The notes beneath the pieces were generated by a model that did not search any database, was not told where the DNA came from, and saw only the letters and a program-made list of their open reading frames with translations. Position numbers and translations under genes: made by a program. A DNA stretch of 64,000 bases from an uncultured Methanolobus sp. (GTDB lineage Archaea > Halobacteriota > Methanosarcinia > Methanosarcinales > Methanosarcinaceae). The stretch lies in NCBI GenBank assembly GCA_963675495.1, contig OY776215.1:1280001-1344000 (forward strand), written 5' to 3'. Below, piece after piece: positions 30,279 through 39,395 of this stretch (positions within the stretch are counted from its first letter, which is position 1; each line of letters opens with the position of its first letter).

Positions 30279-30595
30279 GGCCTGTCACCTTATGGTTTAC
30301 TGTAATTGTGAGGTCGATGGTCGTCATTAATAATATATTCAGCAGAGGTTAGATTTAACGTTTCTGGGGTTTTAGGTTGTGGAATGTATAATTTGTGGAA
30401 ATCAAATTATCAGAGATTTTCTGAAAATGTACCAAGTCTAAGAAAACGAGCACTTTACAAAAAGCAGGTTATATCCCTACCTATAACCCATAATAAAGGA
30501 AGTGAAGAGGAAGTAGGGTTTATACAAAGCCGAAAAACTATATATGTATATCAATGCTACTTACTATTGGGGTAATTTGGGCGAGTGTGGGGCAA

Positions 30596-31006
30596 ATGAT
30601 AAGTCATGATAGAATATTTGATATAGTAATCCGTTCAGTCACTTTTTCTATTCTTTATATACTGCTAATAGCGCTAATTGTGGGAGTGCTAAAAATTTTT
30701 GCGAGTATTGGCTTAGTCCTATTTGAGGTTATTGACGGCAATTTTATTCATATAGATTTTATTGATATAGTAGTTAGTGTTCTCACAGTTTTTGTTCTTA
30801 TTGATCTTTTCAAGACTTTTGTTGATTATCGTGAACATGAAAGAATCAGACTTACATATATAACCGATGCTACGATTTTACTAGTCATGCGTGAAATCAC
30901 AGCTGAGATTTATGCCCACAAAATTGAATATGAATTTATTTTAAGTATATCAGTATTGCTGCTATCATTAGGTGTAATAAGGGTAATAGCTACCAAATAT
31001 TCGTAA
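30596..31006 (+). CDS. PsiE family membrane protein
   Basis: Four TM; L..F.LI.LFKT...Y and DA....V.REI motifs. AT-rich. Confidence 0.75.
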   Translation: MISHDRIFDIVIRSVTFSILYILLIALIVGVLKIFASIGLVLFEVIDGNFIHIDFIDIVVSVLTVFVLIDLFKTFVDYREHERIRLTYITDATILLVMREITAEIYAHKIEYEFILSISVLLLSLGVIRVIATKYS

Positions 31007-31180
31007 TCGTGTGAATGAGTCTCTATTTGACGGAGGGCAATAAGTGATTTTTGTCAAAACAAGCATTTCAGTTTATGTTACGAATTTCACCATAAATGGA
31101 TACAAAATATCTGGTAAACCTGTTCATGATGCGGTAAAGGTAAAGTATTTTGGGATGCAGCCACAATGTAATCTTAGGAG

Positions 31181-31441
31181 ATGAGAATAATGCATACTGT
31201 TTACATAAAAACATTAGAAAATTCACGCATAAATGTAGATCATATAAATAGAATATGGAGTGAAATGAACCAAATAATGATCATGACCTCTGATTCCTCT
31301 GTAGAAACAATCTTTTGTGGAAACACTGATTATGTAGATAATAAAATAGACACAGCACTTTCTCGAATAGACGAAGCAAAAAGAAAATCTGAAAACATTG
31401 CAGATCTCGTTATACTAGATTTGCCTAAACTTATTAGTTAA
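31181..31441 (+). CDS. Hypothetical protein
   Basis: 86-aa ORF with AGGAG SD in an AT-rich patch; no recognised family. Confidence 0.5.
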   Translation: MRIMHTVYIKTLENSRINVDHINRIWSEMNQIMIMTSDSSVETIFCGNTDYVDNKIDTALSRIDEAKRKSENIADLVILDLPKLIS

Positions 31442-31776
31442 AGATAATGTATCTTGTTTTCTTATCCTTCAACCTAAACCGCCAAGTAAAGGAAATGCTT
31501 CCAACAGTATTCCTAAAAGCCTATTTTTCTATTTAAATAAACTCTGTTTTTTCGTTACCCATAACTGGTGAAGGAAGATTATTTCCTATTACATTGACTA
31601 ATCGGAAAAATTTGCTCGGACATTTGTAAAACGCCCCTGTTTTGTTTCAGGCATAAATCGCAGTCCATGCAATTGCAACCCATCGGCCATCTATCCTGTA
31701 ACAATAACAAGGCTGAGCGTAAAGAGGATGTCAAAAATATAAATCAAAAACAGAATTAAAAAAGAAGTAACCGAAG

Positions 31777-32475
31777 TTACATCTCGTTCTTCAACTTCTC
31801 AACAAGCTCTGCCCTGATACCGTCATTACGGTCGCCGCCACATACCATGCCACGAACACCTATGATGTCAGGCTGGATGCGCTTGAGTACAGGGATATCA
31901 TCAAAAACAAGGGAACCGGCAATTGCTGACATAAGACCTACGTCACGAATAGCAGCCGTGAAAACAGTGAGTGCTTCCTCATCCATGAACTCGAATGTTG
32001 AACGGCCGTCCTTGACCCCTGTGTCCACCATTACCACGTCAACGCCTGCTTTTGCACCGACGGCAGGAAGCAGTTGTGGATTGATTGAATTGATACGCTC
32101 ATAGTCAGAATAACCTGATGCGACTACCTTTTTCTCAGGGTCAAAGTCCTTTACCGCCTTTGTGATCTTGGTAAGCATTTCAAGAGCTTGTTCCTCGGTT
32201 TGTACATCATACAGACCGACCTTAATGTAATCTGCACCTGCAACTGCGGCACCAAGTGCTGCAAGAGATGCGGTACCCGGTTTGAAATTAAAGTCACCGA
32301 TTGTTGCGCTTATAGGCTTTTCCGACCTTATGGATTCCTTTACCGCACTTATTATCCATGGGAAATTTGCGCCAAGTGAACCTTCTTTTGGATTCTTTAC
32401 GTCAACAATGTCAGCACCGCCTTCGTGTGATGCGATGGCCTCTTCCGGATTGATAGGACTTATTAGTAATTTCAT
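31777..32475 (-). CDS. mfnB: (5-formylfuran-3-yl)methyl phosphate synthase (methanofuran biosynthesis)
   Basis: MKLLISP, ADIVDVKNPKEGSLGA, SATIGD, YIKVGL, MVDT.VKDG, IIGVRG.VC. Confidence 0.92.
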   Translation of the reverse strand: MKLLISPINPEEAIASHEGGADIVDVKNPKEGSLGANFPWIISAVKESIRSEKPISATIGDFNFKPGTASLAALGAAVAGADYIKVGLYDVQTEEQALEMLTKITKAVKDFDPEKKVVASGYSDYERINSINPQLLPAVGAKAGVDVVMVDTGVKDGRSTFEFMDEEALTVFTAAIRDVGLMSAIAGSLVFDDIPVLKRIQPDIIGVRGMVCGGDRNDGIRAELVEKLKNEM

Positions 32476-32520
32476 ATTATAACCTCTTTTTTTATAGCAT
32501 GACAGGTGTATCAATTATAT

Positions 32521-33231
32521 ATGTTTCGTATCATTTTCGTTCTTGATATATTCAACCGGACCGTAGTCCATGCGCAAGGCGGGAATCGTAGTGAATACAA
32601 ACCCATACATTTCTCCAGCCGCATATGCAACACATCCAATGCCGTTAAGATAGTCGATGCAGTAAAACCAGCAGAAGTATACATAGCAGACCTCAACCTG
32701 CTCGAAAAGATCGGCAAGAGGGAAAAGAACTTCGACATCATAAAGGCCATTTCGGAGAATGCAAAGGTAATGCTGGACCCTGGTATCACATCTGTTTCTG
32801 AAACAGAGGATGTCATGGAAATTGCACAATCCGTAATACTGGGAACTGAGACTGCATCCCTTGACACCATAAAACAGGTTAGTTCCTTGTACCCGGGAAG
32901 AGTCAATGTCAGCATTGACAAGAAAAATGGCAAGATACTCACAAACGACCCATCTATGCCCGATGACCCTTTCAGGATAGTAGAGCTACTGAATGACTAT
33001 GACCTGGATAACATAATAATCCTGGACCTTGACAGGGTCGGTACATCAACTGGTGTGGATTCACAATTTTTAAGTAAGATCGTATCTATCTCAGACCATA
33101 ATGTGCTTCTTGGTGGCGGAGTCCGCAACGTGGAAGACATTGAGATACTGGAAGAGATAGGACTACAAGGCGCACTTGTTGCAACTGCACTACACAACGG
33201 TTCCATCCCTCTTCATGAAATTCAGAAATAA
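32521..33231 (+). CDS. HisA/HisF-related TIM-barrel protein (C1-cofactor-associated)
   Basis: VLD....VVHA.GG.R..Y, YIADLN, LGTET, LDLDRVGT..G, GGGVR, ATALH.G. Confidence 0.85.
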   Translation: MFRIIFVLDIFNRTVVHAQGGNRSEYKPIHFSSRICNTSNAVKIVDAVKPAEVYIADLNLLEKIGKREKNFDIIKAISENAKVMLDPGITSVSETEDVMEIAQSVILGTETASLDTIKQVSSLYPGRVNVSIDKKNGKILTNDPSMPDDPFRIVELLNDYDLDNIIILDLDRVGTSTGVDSQFLSKIVSISDHNVLLGGGVRNVEDIEILEEIGLQGALVATALHNGSIPLHEIQK

Positions 33232-33298
33232 CATACTATAATTATATAGCAAAATTATCATTTATTGTATAACATAATTATCATTTATCGGTGAAATC

Positions 33299-33535
33299 AT
33301 GGCAGACAAGGAAGACAATGTAGAAATCGGCGAGAACTATGGAGAGATCAAGATGGGAGCCGGCTGGTTCCTGACCATTACCCTCGCATCAAGTGAAAGA
33401 TTCGAAAACGAATACATAGAGATCGCAAAGGAAAGAGGCGGACAGAAAAAAGCACGTTTCAACCTGAATCCTAAATATACCCGCACACTTGGAGAGGCTC
33501 TTATCAAGTTCGCCGACGAGAACGGCCTACAATAA
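33299..33535 (+). CDS. Small hypothetical protein
   Basis: 78 aa, GGTGA SD, C/A-ending codons like the gat genes, T-tract terminator. Confidence 0.7.
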   Translation: MADKEDNVEIGENYGEIKMGAGWFLTITLASSERFENEYIEIAKERGGQKKARFNLNPKYTRTLGEALIKFADENGLQ

Positions 33536-33582
33536 TCCTTTTTTTTACTTTTTTAACTGCTGTAACCTTCCCTAAAGTATCA

Positions 33583-34194
33583 CTACTGATTAGTCCCTAC
33601 CAGAGATAATATAGCATCCAGGACATCTTTTTCTATCAGTTCGACCGGCCTGTCAGTGTTGATCACAACAAACCTTTCAGGATTATCTGCTGCAAGACGC
33701 AGGTAGTTCGCCCTTACTTCCTCAAGGAAACCTATCTTTTCGAACTTGGTCTGAGCACCACGGTTGCCACATCTCTCAACTGCGATCTTCGGATCAATAT
33801 CAAACAGTATAGTCATGTCAGGGTCTATTGTCCAGCCCCCGTGAATATCCTGTATCCATTGCATAGGATTGGCGAACCTGTCCTTCAGGGTCACCGCCTG
33901 GTAAGCATAACGGCTCCCTGAATAACGATCAGAGATCACATTCTTTCCACTTTCCAGAGCAGGGAGCAGAAGCTTAGAGATATGCTCCGCGTGGTCTGCG
34001 GTGAAAAGCAAAAGCTCTGCAAGGTTATCCGTATCAGAATGTATAGCACGGTTCACAGCCTCACCTATCCAGCCGGTGGTGGGTTCTCTTGTGAAAACAA
34101 ACTCTGAGAATCTGGAATTTGAATTCAGCAGACTTGTTATCGTCGATTTACCAGAACCATCTATACCTTCCAGAGTGATGAGTTTACCTTTCAT
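33583..34194 (-). CDS. tmk: Thymidylate kinase
   Basis: LEGIDGSGKST, TREP, ISDRY..S..AYQ. Confidence 0.95.
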   Translation of the reverse strand: MKGKLITLEGIDGSGKSTITSLLNSNSRFSEFVFTREPTTGWIGEAVNRAIHSDTDNLAELLLFTADHAEHISKLLLPALESGKNVISDRYSGSRYAYQAVTLKDRFANPMQWIQDIHGGWTIDPDMTILFDIDPKIAVERCGNRGAQTKFEKIGFLEEVRANYLRLAADNPERFVVINTDRPVELIEKDVLDAILSLVGTNQ

Positions 34195-34261
34195 GAGCAT
34201 CAACAATGAAAGCAAAGGAATACTATTTAGAGTATTTGTTCCACAGAAATGTCTGTTTCAT

Positions 34262-34390
34262 TTATGTCCTTGAAACGTCCTCACTGACGCACTGTGGGCA
34301 TTTCACCGGAAACATATCAGGATTTTCCATAAAAACGAATTCGCATGTATTGCATCTGAAGTATACTTTATTAGGGTCGTAGTCGTCCAT
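34262..34390 (-). CDS. 42-aa zinc-ribbon microprotein (CxxC...CPxC)
   Basis: Not in ORF track. MDDYDPNKVYFRCNTCEFVFMENPDMFPVKCPQCVSEDVSRT, GAGG SD upstream. Confidence 0.8.
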   Translation of the reverse strand: MDDYDPNKVYFRCNTCEFVFMENPDMFPVKCPQCVSEDVSRT

Positions 34391-34511
34391 AATTAGTCCT
34401 CAAATAAGTATGACTTATAATGATAAATATAGTAATCGGTTGTATAAATATAAAACAAATGTATCCGGCAAAACTATATGCAAAGGAAAAGAACCCTGAA
34501 AAGGATATTAA

Positions 34512-35180
34512 ATGACAAGAATTGGAGTAATCACCAGGGGAAAGTACGGGAACCGTCTGATAGATACCATTAGCTCAAAAACTGAAATGGAAGTAGTTCA
34601 TACTTTTGTACCGCAGATGCTGCCTGACTTCATCGATGAGCCAGACGAATTCCTGGAAGGACTCAATATAGACAGCTCCGTGTTCGATTCGAACATTGTT
34701 ATCACCTATTCACTTCATCCTGACCTCACCGTAGCAATAGCACATAAGGCAGGAAAAGCCGGTGTTAAAGCCCTGATAGTACCAGGGGGAGCATCAAAGG
34801 CACCTGTAGTGGAGCTTGAAGGTATAGCAAAACAATATGGCATGCTCATTGAAGTTGAGGATATATGCTGCACCCTTCAGGAAAAACCGGAAACAAAAGA
34901 ACTTTGTTCGCACCTGTCAAGTCCTGTTCTTGATATTAATGTCGATAAAGGTATAATAGAATCCGTAGAAGTATTATGTGGGGCACCATGTGGAAGCACG
35001 TGGCACATGGCAAAGGAACTTGTGGGAATGAAGGTCGAAGAAGCACCTGCCAGAGCCGGACTGCTCATACAACAATACCCATGCAGGGCCGTCAGGGGAA
35101 ATATGGGCGGCATCCATGAATCCGGGGAGATTCATAAAAAGGCCGTCGAAGATGCGATCAGGAAGAAAAAAGAAAACTGA
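34512..35180 (+). CDS. DUF166 family protein
   Basis: YSLHPDLT, ICC.L, APCGSTW, YPCRA motifs. Confidence 0.75.
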   Translation: MTRIGVITRGKYGNRLIDTISSKTEMEVVHTFVPQMLPDFIDEPDEFLEGLNIDSSVFDSNIVITYSLHPDLTVAIAHKAGKAGVKALIVPGGASKAPVVELEGIAKQYGMLIEVEDICCTLQEKPETKELCSHLSSPVLDINVDKGIIESVEVLCGAPCGSTWHMAKELVGMKVEEAPARAGLLIQQYPCRAVRGNMGGIHESGEIHKKAVEDAIRKKKEN

Positions 35181-35198
35181 GCATATAAATGGGGAAAT

Positions 35199-36929
35199 AT
35201 GGACAATATCCAGATAGCTGAAAGGTTCAACCAGATGGCGAAACTTCTGGAATTCAAGGGAGAGAATCCGTTCAAGACCAGAGCATATACAACTGCCGCA
35301 AGGACCATAAAAAGACTTGATGAAGAACTGGCATCATTATACAAGAATGGAAAAATTGACACCGTACCAGGAGTCGGTGAAGCACTTAAAGGCAAAATAG
35401 TAGAAATGCTGGAAACGGGTTCGTTCGATGCCTATGAGCGAACAGTGAAAGAAGTGCCAAATGGAATCATGGACATTATGAATATTCCCGGTATCGGTCC
35501 GAAAATGGCAAGGCAGTTCTACGAAAAACTTGGAATCACATCAATTGATGAGCTAAGCAAGGCTGCCAGGGAACACAGGATACGGAGACTTCCAAGGATG
35601 GGGGAAAAACAGGAAGATAAGATCCTCAGGTCCATCGTCCGGCTTCAACAGGACAAAGACCATGGGAGACACCAAATTGCGGCCGTCACAGACATCGCAA
35701 ATGAAATTACGGAGGAGTTGACCTTAAGCCCGTATATCGAAAAGGTAGCCGTAGCAGGTAGTTTGCGAAGAAAGAAAGATACTGTGGGAGATATTGACCT
35801 TATAGCAGTTTCAGATTATCCGGAAAAGACACTTCGAGCCTTTGTAAATCTGAGTAAGGTCGAAGAGGTACTGGAATCAGGAACTTCTAAAGGTGCTGTC
35901 ATGTATCCCGGGAACCTGCGTGTGGACCTGAGAGTTGTAGATAAAAATTCTTTTGGCTCAATGTTGCAGCACTTCACGGGCTCAAAGGAACATAATATCC
36001 ACCTTCGGAAAATCGCACTCTCTAAAGGATACAGCCTGAACGAGTATGGAATTACAAACGAGATCAGTGGCAAGCTCGCACCTTGCAGCAACGAAAAAGA
36101 CCTATATGATTTTCTGGGGCTGGAATATATAGCCCCTGAACTCAGGGAGAATCTGGGAGAGATAGAAGCAAGCCTCATAGGAAAGCTCCCCCACCTGATA
36201 GAAAGAAAAAACATTAAAGGTGATCTTCACGTCCATTCCAACTGGAGTGACGGTGTAAACACAATAGAAGAACTTGCAAATGCGGCCATTCAGCTAGGAT
36301 ATGAGTACATTGCAATCACAGACCACTCACATTCCACAGGTATTGCTAACGGGTTATCTGAAAAAAAATTGCTTGAACATATCGAAGAGATAGAGGACCT
36401 CAATAAGAGATTCGAAGACATCAGGATACTTTCAGGCACAGAATGTGACATTAAAGCAGACGGAAAGCTGGATTATAGTAATGACATCCTTGAAAAACTG
36501 GACATTGTAATTGTGGCTGTACACGCAGGACTGGAACAGGACATGAGCAAGATGACCAGAAGGATAGTTACAGCCCTTGAGAATGAACATGTGGACATAC
36601 TTGCCCATCCCACCGGCCGAAAATTTGGAAAACGACCTGCATATGATGTTGATATGGATAAAATATTAACAGTGGCAAAAGACAACGACAAAGTGCTTGA
36701 GCTAAATTCATCGCCCTGGAGACTTGACCTGAATGACACCAATGCAAGAAAAGCAAAGGATTATGGTGTTAAGATTGCCATCAACACGGACACACATGCA
36801 ATTGACCATTTTAACAATATATCATTTGGAATAGATGTCGCAAGAAGGGGTTGGCTAGAACCGGAAGATGTTATCAATACCATGAATATAAAGCAACTAT
36901 GTTCCAGACTTGGTATTCCAAAAAAATGA
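35199..36929 (+). CDS. polX: DNA polymerase X with C-terminal PHP domain
   Basis: NPFK.RAY, AGSLRR..DTVGDID, RVDLR, HFTGSK.HN, PELRE, DLHVHS.WSDG, TDHS, AHPTGR. Confidence 0.94.
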   Translation: MDNIQIAERFNQMAKLLEFKGENPFKTRAYTTAARTIKRLDEELASLYKNGKIDTVPGVGEALKGKIVEMLETGSFDAYERTVKEVPNGIMDIMNIPGIGPKMARQFYEKLGITSIDELSKAAREHRIRRLPRMGEKQEDKILRSIVRLQQDKDHGRHQIAAVTDIANEITEELTLSPYIEKVAVAGSLRRKKDTVGDIDLIAVSDYPEKTLRAFVNLSKVEEVLESGTSKGAVMYPGNLRVDLRVVDKNSFGSMLQHFTGSKEHNIHLRKIALSKGYSLNEYGITNEISGKLAPCSNEKDLYDFLGLEYIAPELRENLGEIEASLIGKLPHLIERKNIKGDLHVHSNWSDGVNTIEELANAAIQLGYEYIAITDHSHSTGIANGLSEKKLLEHIEEIEDLNKRFEDIRILSGTECDIKADGKLDYSNDILEKLDIVIVAVHAGLEQDMSKMTRRIVTALENEHVDILAHPTGRKFGKRPAYDVDMDKILTVAKDNDKVLELNSSPWRLDLNDTNARKAKDYGVKIAINTDTHAIDHFNNISFGIDVARRGWLEPEDVINTMNIKQLCSRLGIPKK

Positions 36930-37179
36930 TAATAAAATAAGATTCCAAGACTTAAGATTATAGATATATTTCACCATAAGGAAATAATTGATATTCTTGT
37001 TGCTTCCTTTCAGGAAAAAACAAAAAATATAAATTCCTCTTCTGTAAATTTAATTTTGATAAATACAAAAAAGAGGTAGAATTGCTGAAGAATTAACAAT
37101 TTAATAGACGGTGTTTTAGGTATTTTGTGCTTTGATGGTAGTTAAACACATCATAAATGGAAAATTATGAGGTGCAATT

Positions 37180-37278
37180 TTGAAAAATATGAAAACTAAC
37201 AGGCATGACAGATCTGTAAAAAAACATGAGATCGATTTCCAGAAAGAAATGAAAAGGCAACAAAAAAGAAGAACATGA
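37180..37278 (+). CDS. Candidate 32-aa basic small protein
   Basis: GAGGTG SD 5 nt before TTG; MKNMKTNRHDRSVKKHEIDFQKEMKRQQKRRT; T-tracts and hairpin downstream. Confidence 0.45.
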   Translation: MKNMKTNRHDRSVKKHEIDFQKEMKRQQKRRT

Positions 37279-37320
37279 TAATATCGCTTTTTTGGATTAC
37301 TTTTTAATGAAAATATTAGC

Positions 37321-37339
37321 TGGCAGGATTATCCTGCCA
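37321..37339. terminator. Hairpin between the sORF and the marker-14 gene
   Basis: TGGCAGGAT-t-ATCCTGCCA perfect inverted repeat. Confidence 0.55.
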
Positions 37340-37349
37340 ATTCCTATTA

Positions 37350-38786
37350 TCATTTGTTCTGCAATTTAATACGCTGACCAAGTATGCATTTTCCTCCTCT
37401 GTGGCCGCCCAGCGGATTAAAGGTGGTTCCCAGGGAATTCATACACCTTGCCATAACAGCGGCACCACGCGCAAGGCCATCGTCCACGAATACAACATGT
37501 TCATCGATCTTGTGATTGATACCAAGTTCATGAAGGTACTTCAGTATGAGTTTTGGCTTGTTACCGGTTATGCCCGCCCTTCCAGTGACACCTATTGCAG
37601 TATCCTCAAAGACAAGGCCCTCGTCCTGTGCCACCTTGACAAGACGCTGAACTACACGCCCCATGACCTCATCGATGACGGCAAACAGGAATTTTATATT
37701 GTGTTTTTCATATATCTCAGCACCAAGCGCTGCCAGTTTATCCATATCAGAACCATTGTCACCAATATCACAGCCAATTAGTACTACATTTATAGCATCT
37801 GCGGCCTCTGAATTTACAGGAACACTTCCGTATCGGTTACGGCCTTTGGGTACTTTCTCTATAATAATATAGTTCAGTATCTTCTCTGCATATTCATGAA
37901 TGGCTTTGCCCTTCAGTCTAAGAGTAATCCCATCAAGTGACTTGTCACCAGAAATATCAAGTGCGGTACCTTTTTTGGAATCAACCTCGCCAGTTCCTTT
38001 GATAATCGCGTCAGGAATCGCACCGGCGTAACCACAGAAGTTTCCGATGGTTTTCGCATAAGGAAGATCTGGGCTGATTATCCTGCCGTCAAGTGTGGTA
38101 CCAAAGTCCATGGAAATACATGGATTGCGGAAATCCACATCCACCCATTTTGCCCCTTCCTTAATTCCTGCTGTTGCAAGTTCTCCTTCCATTTCATTGG
38201 CAACTATTTCAACACCTGTTGCACCAGTAGGAGGGGTCACACTTGCCACTGCACCATCGAATATCACTTTTTCAAGTTTGGAGTATTTCTGGAACCTGTC
38301 AGGGAGATTGGAAATTGACATTGGAGGAGTCATTCTGTTTGGCGGTACTCCTGCCATTAAACATCCATCTGCCAGTGCCTTGATAAACTCACCGACTTCA
38401 TCAGGAGAATCGAAACCTGCGACAACACCTGTTGACCTGACAACAAAGTGAACATCTGTTTTAATGTCAAGGTTTGCCTCTTTCACAGCTCCAAGAAGTG
38501 TATTCTTCACCAATTCACTAACTGATTCCCTTGTCAGCTCGACACCGTTCAATGTCTTTCCAAATACTTCTTCCCCGGGTTTTGGGAGGCGGACATCCCT
38601 TGTCATACTAACTGTTTTTTTGACAAGCCTTGTCTTACCGTCTTCCAGATTGGTTGCGGTGAGAATACATTTTGTAGTGGTATTACCTACTTCTACAGAT
38701 GCTACAATAAAATATGATTTGGATTTGTCTTTAAGGTCAAGTAAGCGAACTGAAGGACTTTCTGCAATTCTGGGTTTATATGCCAT
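37350..38786 (-). CDS. Methanogenesis marker protein 14 (DUF2114, actin-like ATPase fold)
   Basis: VASVEVGNTTTKCILTAT, ANEMEGEL, DFGTTL, GRAGITG, DDGLARGAAVMARCMNS. Confidence 0.88.
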   Translation of the reverse strand: MAYKPRIAESPSVRLLDLKDKSKSYFIVASVEVGNTTTKCILTATNLEDGKTRLVKKTVSMTRDVRLPKPGEEVFGKTLNGVELTRESVSELVKNTLLGAVKEANLDIKTDVHFVVRSTGVVAGFDSPDEVGEFIKALADGCLMAGVPPNRMTPPMSISNLPDRFQKYSKLEKVIFDGAVASVTPPTGATGVEIVANEMEGELATAGIKEGAKWVDVDFRNPCISMDFGTTLDGRIISPDLPYAKTIGNFCGYAGAIPDAIIKGTGEVDSKKGTALDISGDKSLDGITLRLKGKAIHEYAEKILNYIIIEKVPKGRNRYGSVPVNSEAADAINVVLIGCDIGDNGSDMDKLAALGAEIYEKHNIKFLFAVIDEVMGRVVQRLVKVAQDEGLVFEDTAIGVTGRAGITGNKPKLILKYLHELGINHKIDEHVVFVDDGLARGAAVMARCMNSLGTTFNPLGGHRGGKCILGQRIKLQNK

Positions 38787-38795
38787 TTATTTCCC

Positions 38796-39188
38796 TCACA
38801 TATAGGGTTGAAGTTTCTGGATGATATTCTGTTTGGGTACAGCACCAATTAACTTATCGACATATTTTCCTTCTTTGAAGATAAGCATTGCAGGAATACT
38901 GGTTATTCCAAATTTTACTGCTGTCATTTTTTCCTCATCTACGTTCAACTTGCCAATGACTAATTTTCCCTGCATTTCGGTTGCCAATTCATCGAGAACA
39001 GGAGAGATCGTACGGCAAGGACCGCACCAAGGCGCCCAGCAATCCACCAATACCAAAGGATACTTTGATACGAATTCATCAAATATTGCATCCGCAATTG
39101 TCACAGGACTTGAAGGACACTGTTTTTTCTCCAGAGATTCTTTTAAGTCCTGCATCCTTTTTTGTCTGATAGATTCTAATTCATCCAT
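38796..39188 (-). CDS. trxA: Thioredoxin
   Basis: WAPWCGPC, SIP motif, N-terminal DELE.IR.K helix. ATG 39188 follows an AGGTGA SD. Confidence 0.92.
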   Translation of the reverse strand: MDELESIRQKRMQDLKESLEKKQCPSSPVTIADAIFDEFVSKYPLVLVDCWAPWCGPCRTISPVLDELATEMQGKLVIGKLNVDEEKMTAVKFGITSIPAMLIFKEGKYVDKLIGAVPKQNIIQKLQPYM

Positions 39189-39395
39189 TGAATTCACCTT
39201 TTTGATTAGTAGTATTATTTACAAATATTTAACTGTGAACATGATTTGATATAGACGTTGGATTTCTTCGTAGTATCTGTTATTAACACATTTAATTGTT
39301 TGTATGGTTGTGTAATTACTCCACAATACCACCTTCTACAAGGAAATCCGGGAAAAAGGGATAAACATCAAAACAATAGATTAACATGGATAAAA

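Noticed and set aside
30384-30575. 63-aa ORF and possible IS-end-like sequence upstream of the psiE-like gene
   Set aside because: No matching second terminal repeat or transposase, and no recognisable protein features.
31560-31735. Short minus-strand frames, including a hydrophobic stretch interrupted by TAG
   Set aside because: Too short, no motif or SD; cannot be distinguished from random sequence.
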